Shown here: piece by piece, positions 13,319 to 24,816 of the stretch
How positions within the stretch are numbered: the first letter of the stretch is position 1
Layout of the letters: every line of letters begins with the position of its first letter
Program-made: the position numbers and the translations under genes
The notes under the pieces: generated by a model
What the model saw: only the letters and a program-made list of their open reading frames with translations
Databases searched by the model: none
What the model was told of the DNA's origin: nothing
NCBI GenBank assembly: GCA_035221665.1
Contig: CM069150.1
Span: forward strand, 9,362,001 to 9,426,000
DNA from: Okamejei kenojei
Lineage: Eukaryota
Direction: 5' to 3'
DNA: 64,000 nt

Positions 13319-13662
13319 ACAGCAGTGGAGCTACTGCCTTCACAGCGCCGGAGACCCGGGTTGGATCCCGACTGCGGGTGCTGTCTGTGCGGAGTTTGCA
13401 CGTTCTCCCCTTTACCCGCGTGGGCTTTCTCCGAGATCTTCGGTTTCCTCNNNNNNNNNNNNNNNNNNNNNNNNNNNNNNNNNNNNNNNNNNNNNNNNNN
13501 NNNNNNNNNNNNNNNNNNNNNNNNNNNNNNNNNNNNNNNNNNNNNNNNNNNNNNNNNNNNNNNNNNNNNNNNNNNNNNNNNNNNNNNNNNNNNNNNGGAT
13601 CACTGGTCGGTGCGGGCCTGGTGGGCCAAAGGGCCTGTTTCCACGCTGTATCTCCAAAGCTA
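13319..13662 (+). mobile_element. tRNA-derived V-SINE/HE1-like SINE (interrupted by an assembly gap)
   Basis: B-box-like gggttggatccc, core ggagtttgcacgttctcccc...cgcgtggg, and 3' end gggccaaagggcctgtttccacgctgtatctc. Confidence 0.8.
13451..13596. other. Assembly gap (N)
   Basis: Run of N. Confidence 1.
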
Positions 13663-14391
13663 AATACCCAAAGCTGGCTTTGGTCCAGGTAGGCAGGCAG
13701 TTATTCACTGCCCTCCCCAACGTGTGTGCACCTTAGAGTGGCGACAGCAATGACAACCCAAACGTTAAAGCAGGTCATCTTGTTGCTTAGTCTTATCTCA
13801 GCACCTCTCTCCCACAACTTGCAACTAACTCTGCATTTACTTCCCTCCCCAGTGCTGGCAGCGAGATGGAAAACACACATACACGCGCGTGCAAGTTTAC
13901 CCCGTGCACCACCCTATAGGAGCTGGTCAGCTACTTCTTATAAAAGGCCAGGAGAGACATCCAAAATGTTTACTTGTGTTTGCTGGTTTGGGCACAGAGA
14001 ATACTGGAGAACCCTGATCTCCCGACAGTGCTTGGGCTGGTAGCCTGCAGTCAACTGCTGGTAGAATTGACCTCAGACACTGTTGCTGTGAAGTGAAGTT
14101 CCACCAACACTCTCGGCCTGAGCTCAGCACTGAGCCTGCATTGCCAGCCCTTTGCTGCAGCTTCACATTGCTGCTCCAGGTGATGCAACTGAACGCAGAC
14201 TATGAGAGATCGCTCCTTCATCTAGTGAAACATTTTTGCCCCAATGAACATCACTAGGGACAGATTAGCTGGCTCTTGAGTATGTATTAGGCGGTAGAGT
14301 CCCTATAATGACAAACGCAAATGCATTGTATTGATAAGGAACTTCATCAGCTGCACCACACCTTCCTCAGCAACAAGCTACTATGGACTTT

Positions 14392-14822
14392 GTTTAAGAA
14401 GGAACTGCAGATGCTGGAAAAATCGAAGGTAGACAAAAATGCTGGAGAAACTCAGCAGGTGAGGCAGCATCTATGGAGCGATGGAATAGGCGACGTTTCG
14501 AGTCGAGAACCTTCTTCAGACTGATGTGGGGGGGGGGGGGGGGGGGCGGGAAGAAGAAAGGAAGAGGCGGACGATAGTAAGCTGCAGGAGAGCTTGGAAG
14601 GAGAGGGGAAGGAGGGACTACCTGAAATTGGAGGTCAATGTTCATACGGCTGGGGTGTAAACTACCCAAGCGAAATGTGAGGTGCTGCTCCTCCAGTTTG
14701 CAGTGGGGCTCACTCTGGCCATGGAGGAGGCCCAGGACAGAAAGGTCAGATTCAGAATGGGAGGGGGAGTTGAAGTGCTGAGCCACCGGGAGATCAGGTT
14801 GGTTATTGCGAACTGAGCGGAG
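14392..14822 (-). mobile_element. Penelope-like element 3' end (GIY-YIG endonuclease C-terminus plus type B terminal repeat)
   Basis: Minus ORF AQHFNSPSHSESDLSVLGLLHGQSEPHCKLEEQHLTFRLGSLHPSRMNIDL fits the Penelope GIY-YIG tail (HF...E..LI..L.T..P.G.N). A hammerhead-like core follows at 14492-14519. Confidence 0.8.
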
Positions 14823-15152
14823 GACTATGGACTATGGACAAGTTTGCACTGTCTGGCTGACACCCTGACAGTCTGCTTACATAGTATAACTAATTTATTG
14901 TGTTATCGTGTATTCATTTGTTGCATTGAGCAGTTAATACGCTAGTAAAGCTGCACTAAGTAAGTATGTCATTGTTCCTGTCCAGACACACACAACAATT
15001 AAACGCTCTTGACCACACTCTGGGATGACCCAGCAAGTAAGGGGATACTTCAGCTCACAAAGTATCCTATTCATTGACTTCAGTTGGGATTTCAACTCTG
15101 GGCTCAGTGTTCAAAGTCCCTGTAGGATGTAGGTTTTAGACAGGCATCTTAC

Positions 15153-15307
15153 CGACTGCAGGTTGCCTTCTTGCCTTCGCATTTGGCTCTGTCTGGTGAT
15201 TAGCGATCTTGTGGAGAGTTTGTAGTGGTTGAGGAGGCAGGTGATCACCACTACCATCACTATCATCACCAGCACTATCACGATTATCTGCACAAACTCC
15301 AGCTCAG
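15153..15307 (-). CDS. PMEPA1: Transmembrane exon (155 bp) of the same PMEPA1-family gene
   Basis: Encodes [51 protein letters not shown]. Acceptor ttctctttctgtgttgcag|CT (phase 1) and donor TCG|gtaaga (phase 0). Confidence 0.92.
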
Positions 15308-15477
15308 CTGCAACACAGAAAGAGAAGGGCAACGTGAGACACTGCAGGGAGACAACCGGGAAAAGCTCACCGACCGATGGACACGTCATGCCAGAGAATA
15401 ACTCTACATTCATCACAAGGCACCACCCACGTCACAAGCACCTTCGAAGCTGGCGGCATCGACCTGGCTTACATAGC

Positions 15478-15725
15478 AGTACGGTACTGGTGGGCACAGG
15501 TCTCTCACTGTAGAACACTGGGTACAGTCCTCATGGGGACAGGTCTGTCACTGTGGAACACTGGGTACAGTCCTCATGGGGACAGGTCTGTCACTGTGGA
15601 ACACTGAGATACAGTCCCGATAGAGATGAGTCTGACACTTTACAATGCAATACAGTACTGGTAGGGATGGATCTGTCACTATTACAGTGCAGCTCAGACT
15701 GGCGAGGAAGGGTCTGTCACCTGTG
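15478..15725. repeat. 43-bp minisatellite, about 5 progressively decayed units
   Basis: Unit acaggtctgtcactgtggaacactgggtacagtcctcatgggg starts at about 15497, 15539 and 15582, followed by degenerate copies. Confidence 0.85.
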
Positions 15726-16027
15726 GTTGGTACAGAACTGCTTTGACAAGGCACAAAGAATCACTCAAGGTGTGACAGGTGGACTCGGAGTCCATGAGAG
15801 CAGCAGATCCCAGGAGCAGGTGGAAATTGGGGGGGGTAAAAAGAAATGAAATGCTGGAAATACGAGTCAGGTGGCATTTGTGGAGAACGAAACAATTAAG
15901 ATGAAGAAAAGATTGAAGCAATTACAGGATAAAAAGGGAGGAAAAGATTAAGTAATAGAAGAAATAATTACAGATAAACAATGGGTTAGAAATAAAAATG
16001 GGAAGAGCAGAATTATAGAAGTTGGTC

Positions 16028-16532
16028 ACAGACATACAGCACAGGCACACGGCACAGACACAGACACACACACAGACACACACACAGACACAGATGTACA
16101 CACAGACACAGATGTACACACAGACACAGATGTACACACAGACACANNNNNNNNNNNNNNNNNNNNNNNNNNNNNNNNNNNNNNNNNNNNNNNNNNNNNN
16201 NNNNNNNNNNNNNNNNNNNNNNNNNNNNNNNNNNNNNNNNNNNNNNNNNNNNNNNNNNNNNNNNNNNNNNNNNNNNNNNNNNNNNNNNNNNNNNNNNNNN
16301 NNNNNNNNNNNNNNNNNNNNNNNNNNNNNNNNNNNNNNNNNNNNNNNNNNNNNNNNNNNNNNNNNNNNNNNNNNNNNNNNNNNNNNNNNNNNNNNNNNNN
16401 NNNNNNNNNNNNNNNNNNNNNNNNNNNNNNNNNNNNNNNNNNNNNNNNNNNNNNNNNNNNNNNNNNNNNNNNNNNNNNNNNNNNNNNNNNNNNNNNNNNN
16501 NNNNNGACACAGACGTACAGCACAGACACACA
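16028..16532. repeat. ACACAG / 18-bp (acacacagacacagatgt) simple repeat spanning the assembly gap at 16147-16505
   Basis: Tandem units are visible on both sides of the N run. Confidence 0.9.
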
Positions 16533-16534
16533 TT

Positions 16535-16840
16535 CAGGTCATCAGGCCACTGAATCCATACTGACCAGCTAACACACAGCTTTATTGTCCCCATATTCTC
16601 ATCTATTCCCACCAGGTTTTAACCCACCTCGATTCTCCCACTACCCACCTACATTAGGGGCAATTTACAGTGACCAATTAACCCATCAACTTGTACATTT
16701 TTGGGATGTGTGAGGAAACTGGAGAGCCATGGGAGGTCCCGTATGGTCACAGGGTGAATGTGTGAACTTCATGCAGACATTGGCAGAGGTTGGTATCGAA
16801 CCTGGTTGACAGGAGCAGTGAGACAGTGACTCTGCTGGTC
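16535..16840 (-). mobile_element. Decayed V-SINE/HE1-like SINE
   Basis: ggggcaatttacagtgaccaattaaccc...tttgggatgtgtgaggaaactggag...gtcacagggtgaatgtgtgaact. Confidence 0.6.
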
Positions 16841-16997
16841 CACAAGGCAGCTTGGTGAACGGTGAGAGCTCAGGTCACACTTCACTGCCCAAGCGAAGAG
16901 GCCAAGGGCAGGCAGCTGCAGAGAACCAGGACAGGTGAACAAATAGCAGGCTGTGGGTAGGCGTCCCATACAGGGGGTCTACATTTGGGTGGCACGG

Positions 16998-17029
<32 letters not shown>

Positions 17030-18030
17030 GATAGATGTGCAGGCAGCAAGTTGAGCTACATCAGAAGCTATTGTGTGAAGGCAAGGGGCTGTGGGTCTCA
17101 CCCCAGTAGATGCAGCATCTCTTCAGGCTGTTGAAGTTAAGGTTGGGGGGGGGGGGGGGGGAACGGGACCCTTTAGCTGATTCTCATCACTCTCCCACTG
17201 ACAGCCATGCCCATAGTTGCCCAAATGCAAAAAAAAAAAAAAAAAAATCCTCCCTGACCTTCTCTCTTTTCACGCGACTACTCCTTTTGACCAAAGCACT
17301 TTAAATGCGACAGGGTTAAGTTTTGTCGGATGTGACTGGGAAGGCCAGCCTTTGTCCTTCATCGCACCGTGTTGGCAAACCAGCGCCTGCCTTCCTTCCT
17401 TCCTCTGAAGCTCCAAAGTGTTCGCTACGTTTCACTTTGGAATGGTTCAGAAGCGGTGAGTGTAAAACGAGTTGGGGAAGAGGCAATTCATTGATAACAT
17501 TTCAGTTCGTGGTTATTTAAACTACGATTGTCCTGAACAAAATGGAGGAAAAGCTTTCACATGCATGAAGCAGTCACCAAGAATAAACTTAGAACCTGCC
17601 TGTCCAGACAGTTCTTGGTTATTACATTAACAAAGTGACAGTGCTAGAAGTAGTCAGTGAGGCTTGTAAAAGCCCTCATCAAGCGGGGATGTGTGGAGAA
17701 TGGAAAATGGCGAGCCACACACACACACATTCACGCACACTTGAACCCAGTAGCTTACACACAAAATCAAAACTCAGTGGGGTGCAGTTTAAAAGCATAC
17801 GAGGAATTGTAGCAGCACCTTAGCCCAGTGACAGTGTTTAAGCCTTTTCCCAGTCCCCTCTCTCTACCCCCCACGTCATCGATTCATTGCAGTACAGGAA
17901 GGAACATCTCATTCAGGCGCAGAGCGAAAGTTAACAGTGGGGGGTTTCAAGGACCCCACTAACACATTCCTTCTTCAAATCAGGGATTCTTTTTCAATAT
18001 GTTAAAAATGGTCAGAAGGCACCCCCTCTT

Positions 18031-18069
<39 letters not shown>

Positions 18070-19100
18070 ACCAACCCCCCCATCATCATCAACCCCCTCC
18101 CTGAAGCTAAATGACGATCGTTCTTGTTCTTTAACTGCTGCCACCCCAGGCGTGTGGCTTCACTGAGACAGCCGGGAGCAGGCCGGCCGGCAGACAGACA
18201 GGCAGGAGGGGCGGGCTCGAGGGCAGTCCGGCAGTCAGCACTACATCAGGCATTCACATCATGAAGCGTAACCAAGCACTCCTCTGGCTGGGGGCTGGCC
18301 TGGGCTACACATGATGGATTTTGACACTGAAGTTTGGGTCAGCTCGTCTGGAGATTGGCAAGGGGGGTGGGGAGGTGGATGCAGACAATTTGCTGCTGCT
18401 TTGCACATCATTATATTAGAAGCGAGTCCCAGCGAGGTCTGGAGACGGCGGCGTGAATGCAGATAGGAGGGGGATTGAACCGCTGTCTCGGGCACAATGA
18501 GCGATCCAAATCAAGGCCATACTTAGTGGGACTAAATTGTCACCTTGTGCCCTGACAGCAGTCGATAGAGCCAAGAGAGCCTGGCCCATCATGAACACAG
18601 CCCACACTGTACAAGGGTAGCTGCAAAACCCTCAGCTGCCACACCGACTCAGGCAAGCACGCCGTTCATGACCCTCGCTCTGTCAGTAGGACAGTCCCCA
18701 GACTAGGGCTGCCTGTTCTGTCGGCACGCATTCAACCAGTGCAGCCCACCCCACCCTAAACATTCCCTTGGCTTAAACATTCGAATTAGAGACTAGCAGC
18801 ATGGCAGTTCATTATATAGTTGTGGGCGTCCTGGCCAAAATTCACCTTTACAAGTATCAGCAGATCAGACTGGTGGCTGGCAGCATTTCACACAGCAAAT
18901 ATAACCACAGATGTTAAGCACTTCAGGATGTCCTGAATTCAGGAAATGAGCACCCCCCCCCCCCCCCACCCACTGATATAAAACCTATGGGGGGGGGTGG
19001 GAGATGGATGGGTGAGTGAGTGGGAGGGAAACTTGGAAGCATGGGGGAAAAAAGAGGTTTCACATAAGACTAGTGTAACTGGAGTGAAATAGTTGGCATG

Positions 19101-19332
19101 GACTGGGTGCTGTCTCTATGGAGTTTGCACGTTCTCCCTGTGACTGCTTGGGTTTTCTACGGGTGCTCCAGTTTACTCCCACACTCCACAGAGGTACAGG
19201 TTTGTAGGTTAATTGGCTTTGGTAAAAATTGTCCCAACTGTGTAGGATAATGCTCGGGTACAGGATCATCGCTGGTCGGTATGGACCCGACGGGCCGAAA
19301 GGTCTGTTTCCATGCTATATCTCTAATGTCTA
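19101..19332 (+). mobile_element. V-SINE/HE1-like SINE, 5'-truncated
   Basis: ggagtttgcacgttctccctgtgac...tgtaggttaattggc...gggccgaaaggtctgtttccatgctatatctctaa. Confidence 0.8.
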
Positions 19333-19887
19333 ACGGCAGCTTTTACTGTTTTGAAAATTGTTGCCATTGAAAGGAGGATTATTAACCATGGCACATTGAT
19401 TTAAGGTAATAAGTACAAGAACCAGAGGAAAAGATGCAACTACTTATTACAAATGTAAGTGATGATCTAGAGTCCATTATCTGAAAGTGACAGAAGCAGA
19501 CTGCTAATTTCCAGAGAAACTTCGATGTGCATTCAATTAAGTTCCATGGCTACATAAGATAACAAGGGAAGAGCCAGGGTTAGCTCTTTCAAATAACCAA
19601 CAAGGCAATGCTGGGCAAAACGGCTTCCTCTGCTTGTTCTGTGGGTAAGTGTCCAAGTACTGGATAACCTGCCACTCCCTACAGCCAAACTACAGGTGAC
19701 ACTGAAGATAACTGGCTTAACTAACCTTAAATGTCATTGGATCATCTCATCAATGCACACCGCAACAATTAAACCTATAAAGCTTCCCAAAGCCTTTGTA
19801 TGGATGCTGCATCTAAGTTCTTATGTAAAGTGATACGTACTGAACTGTATACAAAATGTCATTGACTGGGGACGATTGGGAACAATG

Positions 19888-20045
19888 AGAGAGCTAGATA
19901 GGGCTCTTAAAAATAGCGGAGTAAGGGGATACAGGGAGAAGGCAGGAACGGGGCACTGATTGGGGATGATCAGCCATGATCACATTGAATGGCGGTGCTG
20001 GCTCGAAGGGCCGAATGGCCTACTCCTGCACCTATTGTCTATTGT
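19888..20045 (+). mobile_element. CR1 LINE 3' tail
   Basis: gagctagatagggctct...gatcagccatgatcacattgaatggcgg...ggccgaatggcctactcctgcacctattgtctattg. Confidence 0.85.
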
Positions 20046-21971
20046 CACTGTGCTTCGGTACGTGTCAAATAATGTACCATCGACATTCAATTGTGCAAAC
20101 ACTCGTGATCAGTGCTCACTCTGGATTGGCCAGCACATCAAAAAAAGTCCAAGTTTGGAGAGGGCTCTCCTCAAATTCTAGCAATCGCTATCTTTAGGGT
20201 TTTGGCTTATGATTGCCATGTGCACCGAGGCACAGTGAAATGCTTTGCTTTGCATGCTATCCAATGGGGAGAGGGGAATCGGACAGTGCCCTGGTGTGAG
20301 GCAGTACCGCTTTGAAGCCTAATAACAGAGGGGAAGGCGCACTTCCAAGCTACTGTATCCTCTGGCTGACGGGAGTGGGGGGCAGGAAGAATGACCAGGG
20401 TGATTATCCCACGGTTAAAGGAGGAGATAATTCCAAACGAAGCTTGTCAAACTTGCTCGAAATGTAACCATGAAAGGATGAAGGGCTAGTGGTGGTGAGA
20501 GGGAATGTACAAACAGTGCAAAAAAAATCATCAAGACCAATATTTGTAAAGCAAAGTTATGTAAATATTTTAATATCATGCCGTCTTAAAAAAAAAACTA
20601 AACCATAAGGGGCCAATAATTCAACCGTTTCCCACCCATTAGTATCCTCCGCAAAAATCCCCTTGACGACGGAGACAGCTCATTCTCAATTGCGAGGCAG
20701 AGGGGGAAGGGATAAAGGGCAAGGTCAAAATGAAGACCGTGCCTGAAGATAGCGTGGAGCACACATGCACTGCCCAGTCTCTCCAGGAAAGTTCTTGCAC
20801 ACGGAAAATAAAAGAGCAGCATTGAGCGATTGGACGAAAGCGGCTGCTAATCACTATTACTATTCAATTAGTGGGAGACCTTGCTCAATTTTTCACCAGT
20901 AATTTGTCCTTGGGGACTCTTGATAGATGTCTACTAGTTTGCAAAGCAGTCAGGGTTCTTCTGAACGCCTGGAAAGGATTGTGGAAATTGAGTTTAGCTT
21001 ACTCTTTTCCTTTTCTCATGTCTAATAAAGAGACTGATGCGAAGAGCAAGGCATAACTGTGCAAACCCACGTCACTCACTATACAATGTTACGGCCTCAA
21101 GCGTGAAGCACGCTGATCGTTCTTGCCGGGCCAGTGTTGACAGTTAGAGGATGGGTTTGTGTGGGTGCCAGTTGTACACATTCCACAAGCTCATTGAAAC
21201 CCAAATGATGTTCACTTTCTCTGTGATAATTCCCCAAAACTAAATCATTCATTTTCTCAGTCTGTTGCCTGCGTGCATGTTCTGCACAGGACAGCACGGA
21301 GTGAGATTATCAACACCCCGGCTACTCAGTCCGCACCATCCAGCAGGACAATGATTGTGGGAGGAAGCCTGCGAGATGGCCACCCAAGGTTAGCCACTCC
21401 CCACCTCCCACACTTAAACTTCCATTGCTTATCTACCGGAGTTGGGATATTTTAGGACATGCCAGCTTTTAAACCCCTGTATCACCATTTTGTTTTGCAT
21501 CCATCCCATACTGCATGACTAACTGTACCAGGGCCGCCTTGCATTTAACTGTTTCTCGAATAATTTCACTTCACCCTCGATTGTCTTTTGCCAAACACAC
21601 ACGCTCTTTCACACGCCGAGTGACTCGAATACCAAAGCCTTTTGTGTTTCCCATTTCTAGCATTGAGATTATCCTTGCCACCTTGCAGCTAGAGCTTTTT
21701 TTAAAAAAATAATCTGGGCAATGGAGAAGTGGGAATGGAAACTCAGGTCCTGGCCTGGATGTTTCATGAGTGCGCGAAAATGTGGCAATGGAGTGTGAAA
21801 TCCGTCAGTGTGGACAAGGGCAGCAGCACCGCCAGAGGTTTGGGTTCCAGAGTGCTCATCACTATGAGATCAGTGACATTCGATATCTAGGACAGAGTCT
21901 GAGAGGGAACAAAAACCCAACAAATGCAGCTTAATCAACGCTGAGACCTTCAAGCAAAGCTCTGTAATCAT

Positions 21972-22066
21972 ATAGACACAAAAAGCTGGAGTAACTCTGC
22001 GGGACAGGCAGCATCTCTGGAGAGAAGGAATGGGTGACGTTTCAGGTCGAGACCCCTCTTCAGACC
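21972..22066. mobile_element. Penelope-derived terminal-repeat half (type A)
   Basis: atagacacaaaaagctggagtaactc...gggtgacgtttcaggtcgagacccctcttcagac. Confidence 0.8.
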
Positions 22067-24323
22067 CATGCAACCATATGTTCCTTTCATCTTTCTCCTG
22101 GAGATAAGCACACTTGCCCGATTCCACCCAGCCAATAATTTCACTGCCCAGTTTGGGCAATGGGTTTAATTTGCTCCTCCTCCGCTCTCCATGCCACGGA
22201 CGACTGGAATGGGTTTTCACTTGGGCAATAAAAATACAGAAGAGAAAAGGGGAAAAGAAAGAAATAAAAAAAAGACAAAGAAAGAGAAGGAAAAAAAAAA
22301 GACAGAGGCTACAGGAGAGAATGAAAAGGAGAGAGACTGAAATCCTGCCCTATCCACTCTAACAGTGGGACTTTCAAAGGCTGATGTGTGCTCAAAACAT
22401 TAAAAACTGTTATGACAAACAATAGCCATCCACGGCTTACCCAAAACGATCCCATTACTCTGCACTCCCACAGCTGTCTGAGCAGCATGCAAACATCAGG
22501 TATTAAAACCTTAAACCGTCTGAATTTTATGAAAATCTAATCTGGGTTAATGATGGCTTTCTATGTGGCGCGACGGTGGAGAGAGCTCATTTACATTCTG
22601 ACGATCAGTTCCCTGCTGACTCACTTTTGGCTGGGCCCACACATTAATTTATCCTCCGTCTCCCCAAGCAGACACTTCCTCCGACCAGCTCGCTGCGTTC
22701 CGGCAAAGGATTCTGGAGATTTCACGGAGCGCGGGTTAAAGTGGCTTCGGGGGACATTACACCCTGCTAGCGACGGTGAAAGTGGAACTTTACCTGCCGG
22801 TACCGCACAGCACCAACGATCCAACAACGCACAATGGAACGGAACAAAAGCAGCTCTCATAATATTCACAGCATATAGTCTTTTCATCATAGTGAGTGAG
22901 GGGCCTTTAAATGTACATCAACCTGCTCAGGTACCTCCAGGGGTGGATTTTCACAGGGCTGGTTAAACTCAGAAAGTTGCAACAGCCTCTTTTGACCCTA
23001 GCATGATAATTTTACTAATTGGCATTTTGATTGCCGTGGAGAAGTCGGGAACATGGAGGAACACAAAAGATTCAGTCCAAAGATAGTTTTAGTTGCCAGA
23101 GTGTAGAATGCTCAGCACTCTTCACCTCCAAATAATTGTTCCCCATTACTTAGTTCAGAAAATAAAAAATGCGCACAGCTGGGGGTTTATGCTAGAAGTT
23201 AGCCCACAGTTGGAGCATGGGTTCTGGTCATAATATCACAGGAGAGATATAGGAATGTGCTGGAGAAGGGTTGGAGATTTATTAGGATACAGTTAGTTTA
23301 GGAAAATTGTTGCCGTTAAGATTGGATAGGCCAGGATTGTTTTCTTTACAGAGGATGATGGAGAGGAGAGAGAGCGAGAGAGCGAGAGATAATTAGAGTA
23401 TGTAAAAAAATTAATTATGAAGGGCTTCCATCATCTTCTTAGAAATCCCGTGGGTTTTGTGGGTAAGCTAATGAGGCCAATGTGGGAAGAGTAGACTCTG
23501 CCACAGCTGGGCTGGGCTGGGCTGGGGTTTGTGAGTTTGTGCAGAGCCTCCGTGCGCTCTCTGTGCATAGATCGGACGTTCTAATCACCGCCCTGGACTG
23601 TCACCCCTCCACTTTGAGTGGTAATGAGCGAGAGGGGGTCAAGCCGGTGAATAGGAAGGACATTTTCCTTAGCCCAAGGGTCAAATACAAGGGAAACATT
23701 GATATAATGCGATTTGAAGGAAGATTAGAGGGGAGAGCAGGCAGTGTTTTATTTTAACACACAAATTAAAAGATGTGGTAGGAGGTATGTGGAACTCTGC
23801 CCGAGAGTGTGGTACAGGCAGTAATTCCCACCGTACTTACATGGTTCCTGGGTATGTATTTGCAGAGCTGTGATCTGGAAAGCCACAGACCCAGTCTCCA
23901 AAAGGTGGGATTAAGCCGGGTGCCTTATTTTTTTAAATTTCTCAGACGCAATGGCCTGTGAGGCAAATAGAGCCATAGAGTCATCCAGCACAGAAACGGC
24001 CCTTCATGTCCAGGCTGTAGCCCAAGTACCCATCTACGCTAATTCCATTTACCAGCAGTGGACTGTGCAACTCCAATCCATATCTCACTGATCCATTCTA
24101 ACAGAGGGGAGTGTTTACCCCTGCAGCCAGCTCTTCACATGCAACGCAAGAAGACCATGCAGCTTGAGGGGGTTAGGCCGGACCCAGCGCATTACTTAAT
24201 TTCTGATTGGATTCTATCACCTGCATTGCATCAAAGCTCACCTGGACACAGAAGAACAAAGGGATGGTGCTATGGGCTTGTGCACTGCTAAAGAACAGCA
24301 GACCTACATTTGTGTAGAAAGGA

Positions 24324-24507
24324 ACAAAAAGCTGGAGTAACTCAACGGGTCAGACAGCACCTCTGGTGAAAAGGAACAGGTGACGTTTCTGGTCGAGACC
24401 CTCCTTCGCACCTGAAGAAGGGTCTTGACCCAAAATGTCACCTGTTCCTTTTCTCCAGCGATGCAGTCTGACCCGTTGAGTTACTCCAGCTTTTTGTGTC
24501 CATCTTC
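24324..24507. mobile_element. Palindromic Penelope-derived mini-element (type A)
   Basis: Near-perfect inverted arms caaaaagctggagtaactcaacgggtcagac and gtctgacccgttgagttactccagctttttg. Flanked by the duplicated sequence cagcagacctacattt (24296 and 24507). Confidence 0.85.
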
Positions 24508-24581
24508 AGCAGACCTACATTTACCTTGCTTCTTCCTGAATAAGAGACTAGATCAAAACACTCACAGACAATTGGGTAGTT

Positions 24582-24816
24582 TTTTACACCCCTGCGGTGC
24601 GAACATTGACCTCCAATTTCAGGTGGTCCCTGCTTTCTCCTTCTTTCCCCTCCCCAGCTCTCCCACAGCCTATTGTCTCCGCCTCTTCCTTTCTTCTTCC
24701 CGCTCCCCCCACCCCCACATCTGTCTGAAGAAGGGTCTCGACCCGAAACGTCGCCTATTTCCTTCGCCCCATGGATGCTGCCTCACCCGCTGAGTTCCTC
24801 CAGCATTTTTGTCTAC
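24582..24816 (+). mobile_element. Penelope-like 3' fragment with an intact hammerhead core (24725-24752)
   Basis: Reverse complement of part of 14392-14822; contains ctgaagaagggtctcgacccgaaacgtc. Confidence 0.8.

Noticed and set aside
13451-13596. Gap as the hiding place of the missing middle exon
   Set aside because: Both flanks are consecutive parts of one SINE, and the gap size fits the missing SINE interior.
13927-13965. GCLSWP on the minus strand resembling EGCLWP
   Set aside because: Has an extra residue, a stop shortly after, and no suitable splice sites.
15478-15725. CRISPR-like periodicity
   Set aside because: Head-to-tail tandem units with no unique spacers, in vertebrate DNA.
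15922-16612. Long ORFs with CVCVYI / TQTQMY repeats
   Set aside because: Artefacts of the simple repeat plus the N gap; the same applies to ORFs across the other gaps.
20598-20822. ATG G|GTGGGA at 20639-20630 as an 'MA' short first exon
   Set aside because: Phase-compatible, but the donor is weak and there is no homology or promoter support.
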